The translations under genes and the position numbers were made by a program. Below, piece by piece: positions 46,344 to 56,306 of a stretch of DNA of 64,000 nt. This stretch comes from a candidate division WOR-3 bacterium. Lineage in GTDB: Bacteria > Hydrothermota > Tepidihabitantia > Tepidihabitantales > JBDRVQ01. The notes beneath the pieces are model-generated. The model searched no databases, had not been told where the DNA came from, and saw only the letters and a list, made by a program, of their open reading frames with translations. How positions within the stretch are numbered: position 1 is the stretch's first letter; the number at the start of each line of letters is the position of its first letter. The stretch lies in NCBI GenBank assembly GCA_039801905.1, contig JBDRVQ010000004.1, positions 2,332 through 66,331 on the forward strand. Direction: 5' to 3'.

Positions 46344-47615
46344 TCAATAAGCCCCCCGCTGGGAAAGCACGGCGGGGATCGTTTTCAGGATGATTTTGAT
46401 ATCCATAAGGAGGTGCCAGTTGTGGCAGTACTTTTCGTCTAAGGCGACCCTCTGGGCATAAGAGGTATCGGTGCGACCTGAGACCTGCCAAAGACCAGTC
46501 ACCCCGGGGAAAAACTTAAAAGGCAGGCGGGAGGCATTCTCGTAATATTTAATTTCATCTTCCACAATCGGCCTCGGTCCGACGAGACTCATCTCTCCCT
46601 TTAAGACATTAAAGAGTTGGGGAAGTTCATCAATACTTAAAGAGCGGAGAAATTTACCCAAGGTTGTGACCCGAGGGTCATTTTTTAATTTATAGGTCCG
46701 GGCGAATTCTTCCCGCAGTTTTGGGTTAGACGCTAAGATGGCGGCTAATCTCTTATCCGCATCCTTCACCATCGTCCGGAATTTAAGGAGATAAAAACTC
46801 CTCCCTTTCCGACCAATCCTTTTATGGCGATAGAAAATCGGTCCCGGGGAATCAAGTTTGATGCAAAGGATAATGAAGAGAAGAAAGGGGGCAAGGAGGG
46901 TGATGATGCAGAGGCTCAAAAGAAAATCAATCACCCTTTTGAGGCGCATCGTCAGAGTGAAAAAGGGGAAGTCCTCTACCCTTTTTAAGGGACAGCCGGC
47001 AAAATAAGAGAAGAGACGACAGGATTTTAAGAGGAAAAAATCGGCTAAATAATTTTTCATCAGGTTCTTAATTTCCGTATCCACCTCCTCCAGGATTAAG
47101 GCACGGAACTCTTTAATCCGGCCTAATCGGTCAGCAATGGTCGGTAGATAATTCTTCATCTCTTCTTTTGTGATTACTTTTACTGGTTCTAACCGACACC
47201 AATCCAGAATTTTGGGGTAGGGATTACTTTGGTGATTTGTTACTAAAAGAATGGGAATTTTTCTTTGCGGCCGAAGGATTAAATTTAAGACCGGTTCCAA
47301 AATATTTAGCGAAAGCCATAAGATAAGCCAGGAGAGAAATGGGACACTCCCTAAATTTAACCCTTTGCCTAAAAAGAAAGAAAGGAAGATTAGCAGAAGG
47401 AAGATAATTTGGGTCTTAGGGTTTGTCCCATAGAAGGGGGGTAGCACTGATTCAAAGATCCCAAAAAGATAACTGAAGAAGAGAAAGGAGAAATAGAGGA
47501 TGATTAGTAGAATAAAGGGAATCCGGAAGATTATCCCGGGTAGAAAAAAGAAAAGGAAAGAAAGAATAAATATAAAAGACAAGGAACTTTTTAAACTCTC
47601 TTCCTTCTCTGCCAT
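46344..47615 (-). CDS. Polyprenyl-phosphate sugar phosphotransferase (WbaP/WcaJ bacterial sugar transferase family)
   Basis: The C-terminal domain LLKFRTM...[10 protein letters not shown]...[12 protein letters not shown] is the PF02397 signature. N-terminal transmembrane helices. Start chosen at MAEKEE; the upstream part of the ORF overlaps a divergent gene and is not hydrophobic. Confidence 0.65.
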   Translation of the reverse strand: MAEKEESLKSSLSFIFILSFLFFFLPGIIFRIPFILLIILYFSFLFFSYLFGIFESVLPPFYGTNPKTQIIFLLLIFLSFFLGKGLNLGSVPFLSWLILWLSLNILEPVLNLILRPQRKIPILLVTNHQSNPYPKILDWCRLEPVKVITKEEMKNYLPTIADRLGRIKEFRALILEEVDTEIKNLMKNYLADFFLLKSCRLFSYFAGCPLKRVEDFPFFTLTMRLKRVIDFLLSLCIITLLAPFLLFIILCIKLDSPGPIFYRHKRIGRKGRSFYLLKFRTMVKDADKRLAAILASNPKLREEFARTYKLKNDPRVTTLGKFLRSLSIDELPQLFNVLKGEMSLVGPRPIVEDEIKYYENASRLPFKFFPGVTGLWQVSGRTDTSYAQRVALDEKYCHNWHLLMDIKIILKTIPAVLSQRGAY

Positions 47616-47706
47616 TTTCTTTTTAAGGATACCCGAAAAATCGTTTTTGTCAATTCCGATTGACTTTTCCCTTTTTCCCTTTATAATTAAAAAGACAGGA
47701 GGGAAT

Positions 47707-48108
47707 ATGTATTGCCGATCTTGTGGTAAGGAAGTAGCAGAAACCGCGGAGATCTGTGTCCAATGCGGGAGTAAACCCTTAGCCGGTAATAGATACTGCC
47801 AGAACTGCGGCGCGGAAGTTGATCCGAAAGCCGAAGTCTGTATTAAATGCGGGGTGCGATTGACAAAGGCAAAGGCAATCCCTGAGGGACAGAAGGATTG
47901 GCTCACCGCCTTACTCCTATCCATCTTTTTGGGCTATTTGGGTGTTGACCGCTTCTATTTGGGTTATATCGGACTCGGTATCCTAAAACTCTTCATCTCC
48001 CTTGTCACCTTAGGTTTTGCCGCTTGGATTTGGTGGATTATTGATATCATCTTAATCGCTACCGGTCGGTTAAAGGACGCGGAAGGCAGGGAACTTTATA
48101 GGAAATAA
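47707..48108 (+). CDS. Zinc-ribbon plus TM2-domain membrane protein
   Basis: Two CxxC...CxxC ribbons (CRSCGK...CVQCG; CQNCGA...CIKCG) and the TM2 motif LLSIFLGYLGVDRFYLG. The ORF opens earlier at 47500; the Met at 47707 precedes the ribbon. Confidence 0.5.
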   Translation: MYCRSCGKEVAETAEICVQCGSKPLAGNRYCQNCGAEVDPKAEVCIKCGVRLTKAKAIPEGQKDWLTALLLSIFLGYLGVDRFYLGYIGLGILKLFISLVTLGFAAWIWWIIDIILIATGRLKDAEGRELYRK

Positions 48109-48138
48109 GCACCATACCCCTTTTTGATAAAGGTCGCT

Positions 48139-48639
48139 TCACCTCTCGGTGAAAATCCAAAAGATTTTTTGGCAATTCTGGCAGAGGAGAAACTCTCTCT
48201 TCCCATTTCGGGAATGGGCAACATAGGTGAAGTTGATAATGGGTGCCGAGAACTGGCAATAGGGGCAGAGGGCAAAATCTCTTACCGCTTCCCCTCTTTT
48301 ATAAGAATAGGGATTTTTTTCTCTTACCGCCAGGGCTTCCGGGACAGTGATGGGCATCTTATCCTTTTCCGGAGAAGGGGTAGGGGTTATTCGGTATAAA
48401 GAGATTCTTCCTGGATAATGTTCGTCTTGGATAATCCCTTTCTTTTTTAGCGATTGAATTGCCCGATTGACGGCAATCCTCCCTTTTTTAATCACGGCAC
48501 TGATTCTCCTCTGGGGGAGATAACACCGATTCTGGTTTAGAGACCGGAGGAGAAAGATTAGGACCTTAAGTTCCGTCTCCTTAAAATCTGCTAATTGGTC
48601 AATGAGATGGTTGGGAAACTTGGTCCAACCCTTAGACAT
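48139..48639 (-). CDS. Winged-helix DNA-binding protein with a C-terminal Cys4 zinc finger
   Basis: The LKVLIFLLRS...ISAVIKKGRIAVNRAIQSLKKKGII pattern suggests a wHTH. CPYC...CQNC lies at the C-terminus. Confidence 0.35.
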   Translation of the reverse strand: MSKGWTKFPNHLIDQLADFKETELKVLIFLLRSLNQNRCYLPQRRISAVIKKGRIAVNRAIQSLKKKGIIQDEHYPGRISLYRITPTPSPEKDKMPITVPEALAVREKNPYSYKRGEAVRDFALCPYCQFSAPIINFTYVAHSRNGKREFLLCQNCQKIFWIFTER

Positions 48640-49126
48640 CTTTTCCCCCTTTTAGGCGAAGGGCAAAGAATGGTTTTAGTGAATGCTGGGGAAGTTCAAA
48701 ATGGAGAACTGGGGGCAAGTCGGGATATAAGACGATGCGAGAGATCCCGATGAGGAGAAGTTGTTTAATTAAGAAGAATCTTTCTTCGGGACTTTTGACC
48801 AGTAAATCAACCGCTAACCCTTTGAGATGGGGGGAATTTTTTTCGCCCCCAACCTTTTTGTTATAATTCTCACAGCGATAACCGGAGAGGATGATTAAAG
48901 GAAAAGGTGAGGAGCGGGCTAAACGGAGCAAAATCCTTTTCAAGGCAATAAGGTTTTTTAAGTATGCCGCCGGAATCTCCTGGCAGCACCGGCAAAATAA
49001 AGAGTCAATTTTAGTGAAGGAGATTTCTAACTCCTTCCCTTCTTTTAAGATCGTTTCTTTCATAAATTCCTCCATTTTAATAAACTTGTGGAAGGGGGAA
49101 CTTCTTCCCCCTTCCATTCCCCTCAT
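48632..49126 (-). CDS. Peptidase M15A-like (YcbK/DUF882) zinc hydrolase
   Basis: SGYRCENYNKKVGGEKNSPHLKGLAVD matches the M15 zinc-binding region (SxxR...H...D). Confidence 0.5.
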   Translation of the reverse strand: MRGMEGGRSSPFHKFIKMEEFMKETILKEGKELEISFTKIDSLFCRCCQEIPAAYLKNLIALKRILLRLARSSPFPLIILSGYRCENYNKKVGGEKNSPHLKGLAVDLLVKSPEERFFLIKQLLLIGISRIVLYPDLPPVLHFELPQHSLKPFFALRLKGGKDV

Positions 49127-49572
49127 TACGGCACCGGTGGGAGAGTGAGGCCGAAGATGTCAACCCGGATTCTTTCTAAGACCGCAGCAGAGAGGGCACG
49201 GGCAATCCACTTATTTTCCGCAATCCGGACCTCGTTATAGAGGACATCGCCACCAAAGTTATTGACCAATCGCCAGATTTCCCGGGCATAAGAGAGATAC
49301 ATCGGATAGAGGGTAATCGGTACCCCTTCGGCGTCTAAGACCGTCTTCGCCGCTTCTTCTAAGGCAACAAGATTCGGGAAGATATCCGCCACTTGCTCCA
49401 CCATCTTCTCCTTCTGGCCGCTGAAGCGCTGTCTTACGACATCCGGGTCTACTTTCACCTCGTATTTCTCCTTTCGCCTTAAAGCATTTCTAACTGCCAT
49501 ACCTTTCACCCCCTTTCCCACCCAGGATTTGTCCTTTTCCGGACCGAGTGGGAAACACTTACCAATTTTCAA
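49126..49572 (-). CDS. Hypothetical protein
   Basis: 148-aa ORF with no recognisable motifs, packed between neighbours (start and stop overlaps). Confidence 0.3.
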   Translation of the reverse strand: MKIGKCFPLGPEKDKSWVGKGVKGMAVRNALRRKEKYEVKVDPDVVRQRFSGQKEKMVEQVADIFPNLVALEEAAKTVLDAEGVPITLYPMYLSYAREIWRLVNNFGGDVLYNEVRIAENKWIARALSAAVLERIRVDIFGLTLPPVP

Positions 49573-49674
49573 AGAGCCTTGAGGTTTTTACCCCTCTATA
49601 ATAAATACGGAAATGACCCTAAAAAAAGGACACTAAATTTTTCCTTATTTTATAAGTTTTTGAAAATGAAGGAC

Positions 49675-50499
49675 CTAAAAATTAGGGGTTTCTTTAAGCT
49701 TTTTAATTTTCTGCCAGACCTTTGACTTATTTTGATATTCCGGGTAATTATGGTAGATATATTCTAATAGAGTTAAGAGGGGATATTTACCATATTTTAA
49801 TTTAATTTCTTCAATCCCCTTAATAATCTCTTTATCCACACCTTTTATTAACCCCTTAGCAAATTTTATCCCTTTTTCGGTTAATCGGTATTCAGTGAGG
49901 GTTTTATCCGGTTCAAAGAAGTCGGTAATCTCTTTTTCCATTAGAGAGAGGCGGGTCTTTTTCGCCACCTTTTCTATGAAACCCTCTTCCTGGAGGAGGT
50001 TTAGGTCTTCGTATAACCTTTTATCAAAAGGACCGAGCCGGTGGGGGGTAAAGGAATAGAATTCCTTGAAATAATGGGAGAGTTGTTTCTCCTTTGCCAA
50101 TAAGAAGAGGTATTTCATCAATCGGGTAATACCCATTATCTTCTTTCCCAGGGCAAAGAGGAGGAGGATTAAGAAATCTGCTCTGCGGGTTAGAGGGAGG
50201 ACGACTTTCTCCTCCACCTTCTTTTGCTTTAACTCCGCCAATTTCTTTTCTATCCTCTGCCAGACCCTCTTTTTAGTATCTTCGGGCATTGGGGGCGAGG
50301 AAAAAGTTTGCCATAAGAAGAGAGAGAATTTAATCTCTTCTTTCAATCTTTCCTTTTCCTTTTTGGTCAATTTTGGATATCGGGCAAGGAACTTTTCTAC
50401 CAAAACCTGGTCCGTTAATCTCTTTTTCTCTTTCTTATAAAACCTATCAAACTCCCCAACCAGTGAAGATAGCCAATCACTTTTCATCTTTCCCTCCAA
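49675..50499 (-). CDS. Hypothetical protein with a DUF4065/Panacea-like (SocA-type antitoxin) C-terminal region
   Basis: GITRLMKYLFLLAKE...FTPHRLGPFDKRLYEDL resembles the LQKLLYFA...GP..VY pattern. Weak. Confidence 0.3.
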   Translation of the reverse strand: MEGKMKSDWLSSLVGEFDRFYKKEKKRLTDQVLVEKFLARYPKLTKKEKERLKEEIKFSLFLWQTFSSPPMPEDTKKRVWQRIEKKLAELKQKKVEEKVVLPLTRRADFLILLLFALGKKIMGITRLMKYLFLLAKEKQLSHYFKEFYSFTPHRLGPFDKRLYEDLNLLQEEGFIEKVAKKTRLSLMEKEITDFFEPDKTLTEYRLTEKGIKFAKGLIKGVDKEIIKGIEEIKLKYGKYPLLTLLEYIYHNYPEYQNKSKVWQKIKKLKETPNF

Positions 50500-51067
50500 T
50501 AAAGTTATACCTCTTTCTTAACCAGGGGGAATTTTTTAAGGCATTTCGGAATTCCTTTTTTGCTCGGAATAAAATCTTTTTCACATTCTCTTCTCTTTTC
50601 CCTAACTTCTGGGCAATCTCTTTTATCTCGTAACCTTCTAAATAATATAAAATTAAGACGGTCCCGTAATTCTTGGGTAATTTTGAGAGTGCCTTAATCA
50701 ATTCTTCCCAATCCCTTTTCTGCCCGAGTGAATCTTCGGGGTTGGGATTATCCCTGGCTAAGGAGAATGCTTCTTTGGGAGATTTTTCTATTGCCTCTAA
50801 ACTTTCTCCCTTTGTCCTTTCCCGGTGGATTTCCGTGATTTCATTCCTGGCGACAATAAAGAGCCAACCGGCCAGAGTGCCACTTCTTAGTGTGGGGAGG
50901 AGGGAGAGGAACTTTTCAAAGGTGCGGGCGACAACCTCTTCGGCATCGTCTTGATTTTTGAAGACCTTGAAGGCATAGGCATAGATTAGCGAGCGGTAGT
51001 GCTCATAGATTTTAGCGATAGCGGATTCGTCCCCTTCTTTCGCCCTTTCTAATAAATCATCCGGCAT
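50477..51067 (-). CDS. ECF-type sigma-70 family RNA polymerase sigma factor
   Basis: Region 2 (IYEHYRSLIYAYAFKVFKNQDDAEEVVARTFEKF) and region 4 (LPKNYGTVLILYYLEGYEIKEIAQKLGKREENVKKILFRAKKEF). Confidence 0.7.
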   Translation of the reverse strand: MPDDLLERAKEGDESAIAKIYEHYRSLIYAYAFKVFKNQDDAEEVVARTFEKFLSLLPTLRSGTLAGWLFIVARNEITEIHRERTKGESLEAIEKSPKEAFSLARDNPNPEDSLGQKRDWEELIKALSKLPKNYGTVLILYYLEGYEIKEIAQKLGKREENVKKILFRAKKEFRNALKNSPWLRKRYNFIGGKDEK

Positions 51068-51069
51068 CT

Positions 51070-51372
51070 TTAAGTGAAATCAATTCTTTGGTAGTCTTCT
51101 TCGGTTAAGCCGTAGCGTTTTAATATCTCAAAATTCTTCAAGAGGGTTGCCCTTTCCTGGTGATGGTCTTCGGGGTGATAGATAATAAGAGAATCCGCAT
51201 AGGTATTTAATAGAGTTAAGAGTTCTTCTTTTTTCATCTTCTCAATTTTGAGATTAAGGGCGTATTCTTCAATTAACTCTAAGAGATTATTAAGTGCCTC
51301 GGCGGCAGTGATTAAAAGGATTGGCTTGTCGGGGTTAATCCCTAAATTTTTCAAAAAATTTTTGGTATCCAT
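51070..51372 (-). CDS. Hypothetical small protein
   Basis: 100-aa ORF between the REase and the sigma factor. No motifs. Confidence 0.3.
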   Translation of the reverse strand: MDTKNFLKNLGINPDKPILLITAAEALNNLLELIEEYALNLKIEKMKKEELLTLLNTYADSLIIYHPEDHHQERATLLKNFEILKRYGLTEEDYQRIDFT

Positions 51373-51393
51373 CTAAATTGCCCCCTAATTCCT

Positions 51394-51996
51394 TTAAGTT
51401 AGAAAATACCTCTTAGACCTGGTCTTTAATAATCCTTTTTTCCAGTAGAGGATATCCTTAGGTAAATCGGTGATAAATTTTACTATTCCCCCTAATTTCG
51501 TCTTCTCATTTGTGGTATAAAGGGAATCCAAGAAGGTGGAAGATAGTTCTCTCTCCTTTGTTGGTTTCTCTTCACTACCCAATTCTGATTGCCACTTTTC
51601 CTTCTGTCCCCGACCCGCATCCGAAGTGACAAGAACAAATTTTATTCGGGTGAGAATCCGGAAGAGCAAACTATGGAAAAGTGTTTCGGTAAGTCTTCCG
51701 TGAAAACTTGTCTTACAACTTATCACTACTATCGGATAATTATCACTAGCGTCAACGGCGACTAAATCAATATCTCCCCATATCCTCTCCTCCTTTGATT
51801 CCTTGGTAGGGATTGAGAGATATTTATAGAGTTCTGGATATCTTTGGGGGTTATTTTCAATCTCTTTCCCCCATAAGACCTTTACGCCATCTTTTTCTAA
51901 TTCTCTATTAAGATAGTTAGCCACCCAATTCTCCAACTCCTTGCCACTTTTTGTGACAAAACTTTGCCTCTCTTCTACGGTTTTATAAGGTTTCAT
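51394..51996 (-). CDS. Putative type II restriction endonuclease (PD-(D/E)xK-like)
   Basis: Immediately downstream of the MTase with a 4-bp overlap. GDIDLVAVDASDNYPIVVISCK resembles a PD...D/ExK core. Confidence 0.4.
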   Translation of the reverse strand: MKPYKTVEERQSFVTKSGKELENWVANYLNRELEKDGVKVLWGKEIENNPQRYPELYKYLSIPTKESKEERIWGDIDLVAVDASDNYPIVVISCKTSFHGRLTETLFHSLLFRILTRIKFVLVTSDAGRGQKEKWQSELGSEEKPTKERELSSTFLDSLYTTNEKTKLGGIVKFITDLPKDILYWKKGLLKTRSKRYFLT

Positions 51997-52847
51997 AAAA
52001 CTTTGACCGTTTCTAATATCAGTTGATTTATTTTCGCTTCCTTGATCAGTCTCTGTTTGGCAATTTTACAATAATTTTCGTCAATCTCTACCCCAATTCC
52101 TTTTCTCTTCGTTAAGACACAGGCGATGAGGGTTGTGCCACTGCCTAAAAATGGGTCAAGGACGGTGTCACCAATAAAACTGAATAGTTTGATACACCTT
52201 TTTGGCAATTCCAAAGGGAAAGGGGCGGGATGGCCAACTCGTTTTTTGCTCTCACCGGAAAAATTCCAGACGCCATTGGTCCAAGATAAAAACTCCTCTT
52301 TCGTGATATCGGTCTTACCGTGATTTTTCTTCTTCCATTTCTCTTTATAAAGAATGACAATCACCTCTACGGGGGCGATGACATAGGGGGCACTTGGTGA
52401 AAGCCAAGAACCCCAAGCGGTACGGCGGGAAATATTCCCTTCGTTCCAGATGATGGTGGAATGATACTTAAAACCAATTCTTTTTGCCAAGGTGGTAATA
52501 TCGGCATAGACCGATTGCTGTCCCCCCTTATTTTTATCTAAGGGGATATTTAAACAAAATCGCCCATCATCCTTTAACACCTCGTAGCATCTTTTGAGCC
52601 ATTTCTCGGTCCATTGGAGATAGTCCTCATAAGAGATTTTGTCGTCATAGAAGTTATAACTGATGTCAACATTATAGGGGGGAGAGGTGATAATCAAGTC
52701 AATCGTTTCTTCTTTCAGGTAAGTAGTTTTCAGAAAATCATCGTGGTAAATGGTCACTTCTGGGGTTTGGAAATAAATGGGAGAACTGAGATCTCGGATT
52801 AGAGATTTTTTTCTCTTTCCAGAAGAAGAATAATTTTTCTTTTTCAT
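51993..52847 (-). CDS. DNA methyltransferase of the amino-methyltransferase beta class (N4-cytosine or N6-adenine)
   Basis: Motif IV TSPPYN is near the N-terminus and motif I LDPFLGSGTT is near the C-terminus, the circular-permuted beta order. Confidence 0.8.
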   Translation of the reverse strand: MKKKNYSSSGKRKKSLIRDLSSPIYFQTPEVTIYHDDFLKTTYLKEETIDLIITSPPYNVDISYNFYDDKISYEDYLQWTEKWLKRCYEVLKDDGRFCLNIPLDKNKGGQQSVYADITTLAKRIGFKYHSTIIWNEGNISRRTAWGSWLSPSAPYVIAPVEVIVILYKEKWKKKNHGKTDITKEEFLSWTNGVWNFSGESKKRVGHPAPFPLELPKRCIKLFSFIGDTVLDPFLGSGTTLIACVLTKRKGIGVEIDENYCKIAKQRLIKEAKINQLILETVKVL

Positions 52848-52910
52848 TATTTTACTTAATTATAATCCCTAACTGGGCTCTGTCAAGATAAATAGAAGAT
52901 TTTTGGGTGG

Positions 52911-54419
52911 TTATGGTTTCTTAATTATCTTTTTGCTGTTAGGATAAGAGATGGGAAAACTATTCAGCGAATTGCCACTGGCATCGGTTTTGATTAGATA
53001 GACATCCGCTTCCCCGGCGCCGAAGGAGTAAGTTATGCCGGTGATGATGTATCCACCATCTGCGGTCTGTTGCAGTGAAAAACCGTAGTCGTAGAGTGAG
53101 CCCCCAAATGTCTTTTCCCACTGGGGATTACCAGTAGCATCGGTCTTGATTAAATAGACATCACTTCCCCCGGCACCCAAGGAATAGGTTGCGCCCGCAA
53201 TGATGTATCCACCGTCTGAGGTCTTTTCTACCGAATAGCCATAATCCTCATCCGAGCCACCAAAGGTCTTTTGCCATTGGAGAATGCCTTGGGCATCGGT
53301 TTTGATTAAATAGATATCATTTCTCCCCGCACCATAGGAACGGGTATAGCCAGCGATGATATATCCACTGTCTGAGGTTTGCTGGATGGAATAGCCAATA
53401 TCATTAAATAATGAGTCACCAAAGATTCCAATCCATTGCTCATTACCCAAGGCATCGGTTTTTATTAGATAGACATCCCTTTCCTCAGGACCGAAGAGTT
53501 CAGTATAGCCCGCGATGATATAGCCACCATCCGAAGTTTGCTGAACCGAATGACCACCATCTTCAAAGAAACTGCCGAAGGTCTTTTGCCATTGGAGATT
53601 GCCTTGGGCATCGGTTTTGATTAGATAGACGTCACTCTCCCCGATACCAAAGGAATAGGTTAAGCCGGTGATGATATATCCACCATCTGCGGTCTTTTGT
53701 ACCGAATAGCCGTAATCATCATCCGAGCCACCGAAGGTCTTTTGCCATTGGAGATTGCCTTGGGCGTCGGTCTTGATTAGATAGACATCACTTCCTCCGG
53801 CACCAAGGGAATAGGTTAACCCGGTGATGATGTATCCCCCATCTGATGTCTGTTGGACCGAATAACCTTCATCTCCTTGTTGACCACCAAAGGTCTTTTG
53901 CCATTGGAGATTACCTCGGGCATCGGTTTTGATTAGATAGACATCATACCAACCAGCGCCAAAGGAATAGGTTGAGCCGGTGATGATATATCCACCATCC
54001 GCGGTCTTTTGGATTGAATAACTTCCATCCCATTCCGGACCACCAAAGGTCTTAGTCCAGCCACCCCAAATCGTGATTCGCCGACCATCCGACCAATCTG
54101 AGGTGAGCCCGTTTATATCTTTCGCTTGTGCTTTCACATAATAAGTGCCGATCTGTGTCCAAGAGTGGCTCATTGAAACCGAATCGCCACTTGCGACCCA
54201 GGGACTCCAATCTGAGGTATCGCCATCACCCCAATCAAACCGATAAGAGAGGCTATCATTATTAGGGTCGGTAGTCATTGTCTTGAAAATATATAAACTG
54301 TCTATCCGGCCGGTTAGAGGTCCGGCTGGGACTCTTGGGGTATGGGGTGGGTTGTTTCTCTTTTTACAATTAGCCCCCAGGATTAGGAGAATAGATATTA
54401 TGGTTAAGGTTCGCCTCAT
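52911..54419 (-). CDS. Lipoprotein with a PKD-like domain and about seven SBBP beta-propeller repeats
   Basis: Lipobox ILLILGANC. PKD-like segment YRFDWGDGDTS. Repeated WQKTFGGSxxDYGYSVQKTADGGYIITGxTYSFGAGxSDVYLIKTDAxGNLQ units. The ATG at 54419 follows AGGAGG. No CTD. Confidence 0.6.
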   Translation of the reverse strand: MRRTLTIISILLILGANCKKRNNPPHTPRVPAGPLTGRIDSLYIFKTMTTDPNNDSLSYRFDWGDGDTSDWSPWVASGDSVSMSHSWTQIGTYYVKAQAKDINGLTSDWSDGRRITIWGGWTKTFGGPEWDGSYSIQKTADGGYIITGSTYSFGAGWYDVYLIKTDARGNLQWQKTFGGQQGDEGYSVQQTSDGGYIITGLTYSLGAGGSDVYLIKTDAQGNLQWQKTFGGSDDDYGYSVQKTADGGYIITGLTYSFGIGESDVYLIKTDAQGNLQWQKTFGSFFEDGGHSVQQTSDGGYIIAGYTELFGPEERDVYLIKTDALGNEQWIGIFGDSLFNDIGYSIQQTSDSGYIIAGYTRSYGAGRNDIYLIKTDAQGILQWQKTFGGSDEDYGYSVEKTSDGGYIIAGATYSLGAGGSDVYLIKTDATGNPQWEKTFGGSLYDYGFSLQQTADGGYIITGITYSFGAGEADVYLIKTDASGNSLNSFPISYPNSKKIIKKP

Positions 54420-54625
54420 ATTACCTCCTGTCATTTAGTATAATGAGAAAGTTAAACTTGTCAACCATCGCTTTTTATTTATAAAACTCAGTCCTTCTCT
54501 TTGGCGATAGATTTTCCGCAGGGGAAATAAGAATTGATACCTTCTTTTTAAGAAAGGATTTTTCGGAAAATTAAAAATAATTAAAGTATTTAATTAGGAA
54601 ATTTTTATCTTTTTATCTCTCTAAC

Positions 54626-54973
54626 TTAATCCTCCTCATACTCCTCAATTTTGGGTGATTTCTGCCGAGATTCAAAAAGGGTATAGACTCCGCTGTATAG
54701 CATTCGTCGGCTTCGCTCCCTTGCCGCTTTCCTTCTTTCCAGCAAATCTTCAGTTAAACCGTAGGTTAAGAGTTCCCCTTCCACTGTCTCCCTCACCTCT
54801 TTGACGAAGGATTTTATATCTTCTTTTGCAATCCCATTTTCACGCGCCCATTTTTCCACCAGTTCGCTGGGACGGAAGGAAGAGAGAGATTTATCATCTT
54901 TCCAGGCTTTTACTAATTCCTCTAAGCAATAATCAGCACACTCTACTACTTTTGCGTAATCATAATTAGCCAT
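54626..54973 (-). CDS. Hypothetical protein
   Basis: 115-aa acidic ORF. AGGAGGA lies upstream. Confidence 0.3.
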   Translation of the reverse strand: MANYDYAKVVECADYCLEELVKAWKDDKSLSSFRPSELVEKWARENGIAKEDIKSFVKEVRETVEGELLTYGLTEDLLERRKAARERSRRMLYSGVYTLFESRQKSPKIEEYEED

Positions 54974-55073
54974 ATATCCTCCTTAACACATTAAGCATAT
55001 CTTTTCTCTGTCTATAAAGATACGAAAAAACAGGGAAAAAGTAACTTTACTTTCTCTTCTTAGCGGCTGCTCT

Positions 55074-56144
55074 TTAATCGGGTCTAAAAACTTCACCGAA
55101 CATTTCCCATCCATAACCCATTTCTGCCAGTATTTCCCGCATCTTCTTCGCCATCCGATACTTACATTCTTTTGCTGCTGCTTCAGTAGGATGGCCGGTG
55201 ATTTTAATTATCTCTTTGTAAGATAGGTCAGGAAATAGGGTGATGAGTAAAAGCATCTCCCTCTCTTTAATGCTCATCCGAGACATCGCTTCAATTAGGA
55301 TTTCGTGAGCCCGTTTCTGGCGATAGGCCTCAATCGGTGTCGGTGAATTAAAATCAGGAGGTTCATAGGGCTCTTTTACCCCCTCTTCAGTCCATACAAG
55401 TTTAGAGAGGGATTCTATTTTGATTTTATGGGTTCGGCAATAGTCTATTATGGCGTGGTCAACGATGGTCATAAGCCAAGAAAATGGGTTTTTTGCCTTT
55501 TCGGGCTCATAAGAAGGGAGGGCCTTTCCTATTTTCTGGAATACCTTTTCCATAATTTCCTCTACCTCTGTTTCGCTCCAATTGTGGAAGCGATTAATTC
55601 GTTCGCGGATTAAATTTTCCGTAAGAGCTCTTAAATTTTCAAAATTTTGGATTAATTCACTTTCTTCCCTCACCCTCCGCAGAGCGATTTCTGCATTTTC
55701 TCTTCTTCTCTTCTCCTCTTCGCAATAGATAAACTTTGCCTTTTCTGAGATATCAAAGAGAGACATTGTGAGAGCAGAACGGAGCATAAAAGATTCTCGC
55801 CGGTACTGCGGATTGATGGTAAAGACACCACCCCGAGGGTGAAAATAGGAGAATGGCTTTTTGGAAATTTTGGATTTATCTGGATTCCCATCCCTGTCAA
55901 TAGGAAGAATATTTTTATTTTCCTTTACTTCTGCTTTCTTCATAAGGAGGGAAAGGTATGCTCGTAAAAGACCGACTACATCACAGAAGTCAAACCAACG
56001 GTCAAGGTCATAAGGATAGTCTATATTTCTTTCCTTGGCGAAATTCCTAATGTTTTGCCTCATCCATCCAGCAGGATAAGTTTCTCCCATTTCTAAACAT
56101 TCCAAGGCCTTTTTATAAGCCCGGTTCAAATCACCGCAAACCAA
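55074..56144 (-). CDS. Sigma-70-family-like protein with a ~190-aa N-terminal extension
   Basis: Region-2-like PFSWLMTIVDHAIIDYCR and region-4-like MSIKEREMLLLITLFPDLSYKEIIKITGHPTEAAAKECKYRMAKKMR. Confidence 0.45.
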   Translation of the reverse strand: MVCGDLNRAYKKALECLEMGETYPAGWMRQNIRNFAKERNIDYPYDLDRWFDFCDVVGLLRAYLSLLMKKAEVKENKNILPIDRDGNPDKSKISKKPFSYFHPRGGVFTINPQYRRESFMLRSALTMSLFDISEKAKFIYCEEEKRRRENAEIALRRVREESELIQNFENLRALTENLIRERINRFHNWSETEVEEIMEKVFQKIGKALPSYEPEKAKNPFSWLMTIVDHAIIDYCRTHKIKIESLSKLVWTEEGVKEPYEPPDFNSPTPIEAYRQKRAHEILIEAMSRMSIKEREMLLLITLFPDLSYKEIIKITGHPTEAAAKECKYRMAKKMREILAEMGYGWEMFGEVFRPD

Positions 56145-56306
56145 AAAGGCGTATCTGTCATATTCCTCGGGAGGTGAGAGGGACTAAAAGAGCCTTTTCC
56201 TATTTATAAGTTTTTCCAGTTTCCTCCAAATAAAAAATTAAGCGAGAGATTAGGGTTTGTCAAGGAATCTCTTCTCCCAATAGGAAACTCGGCAGATAAA
56301 ATCTGC

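Noticed and set aside
47616-47924. N-terminal ~100 aa of the minus ORF 46344-47924 (MDRSKAVSQSF...)
   Set aside because: It overlaps the divergent zinc-ribbon/TM2 gene and is not hydrophobic. WbaP-family proteins begin with transmembrane helices, which start at MAEKEE (position 47615).
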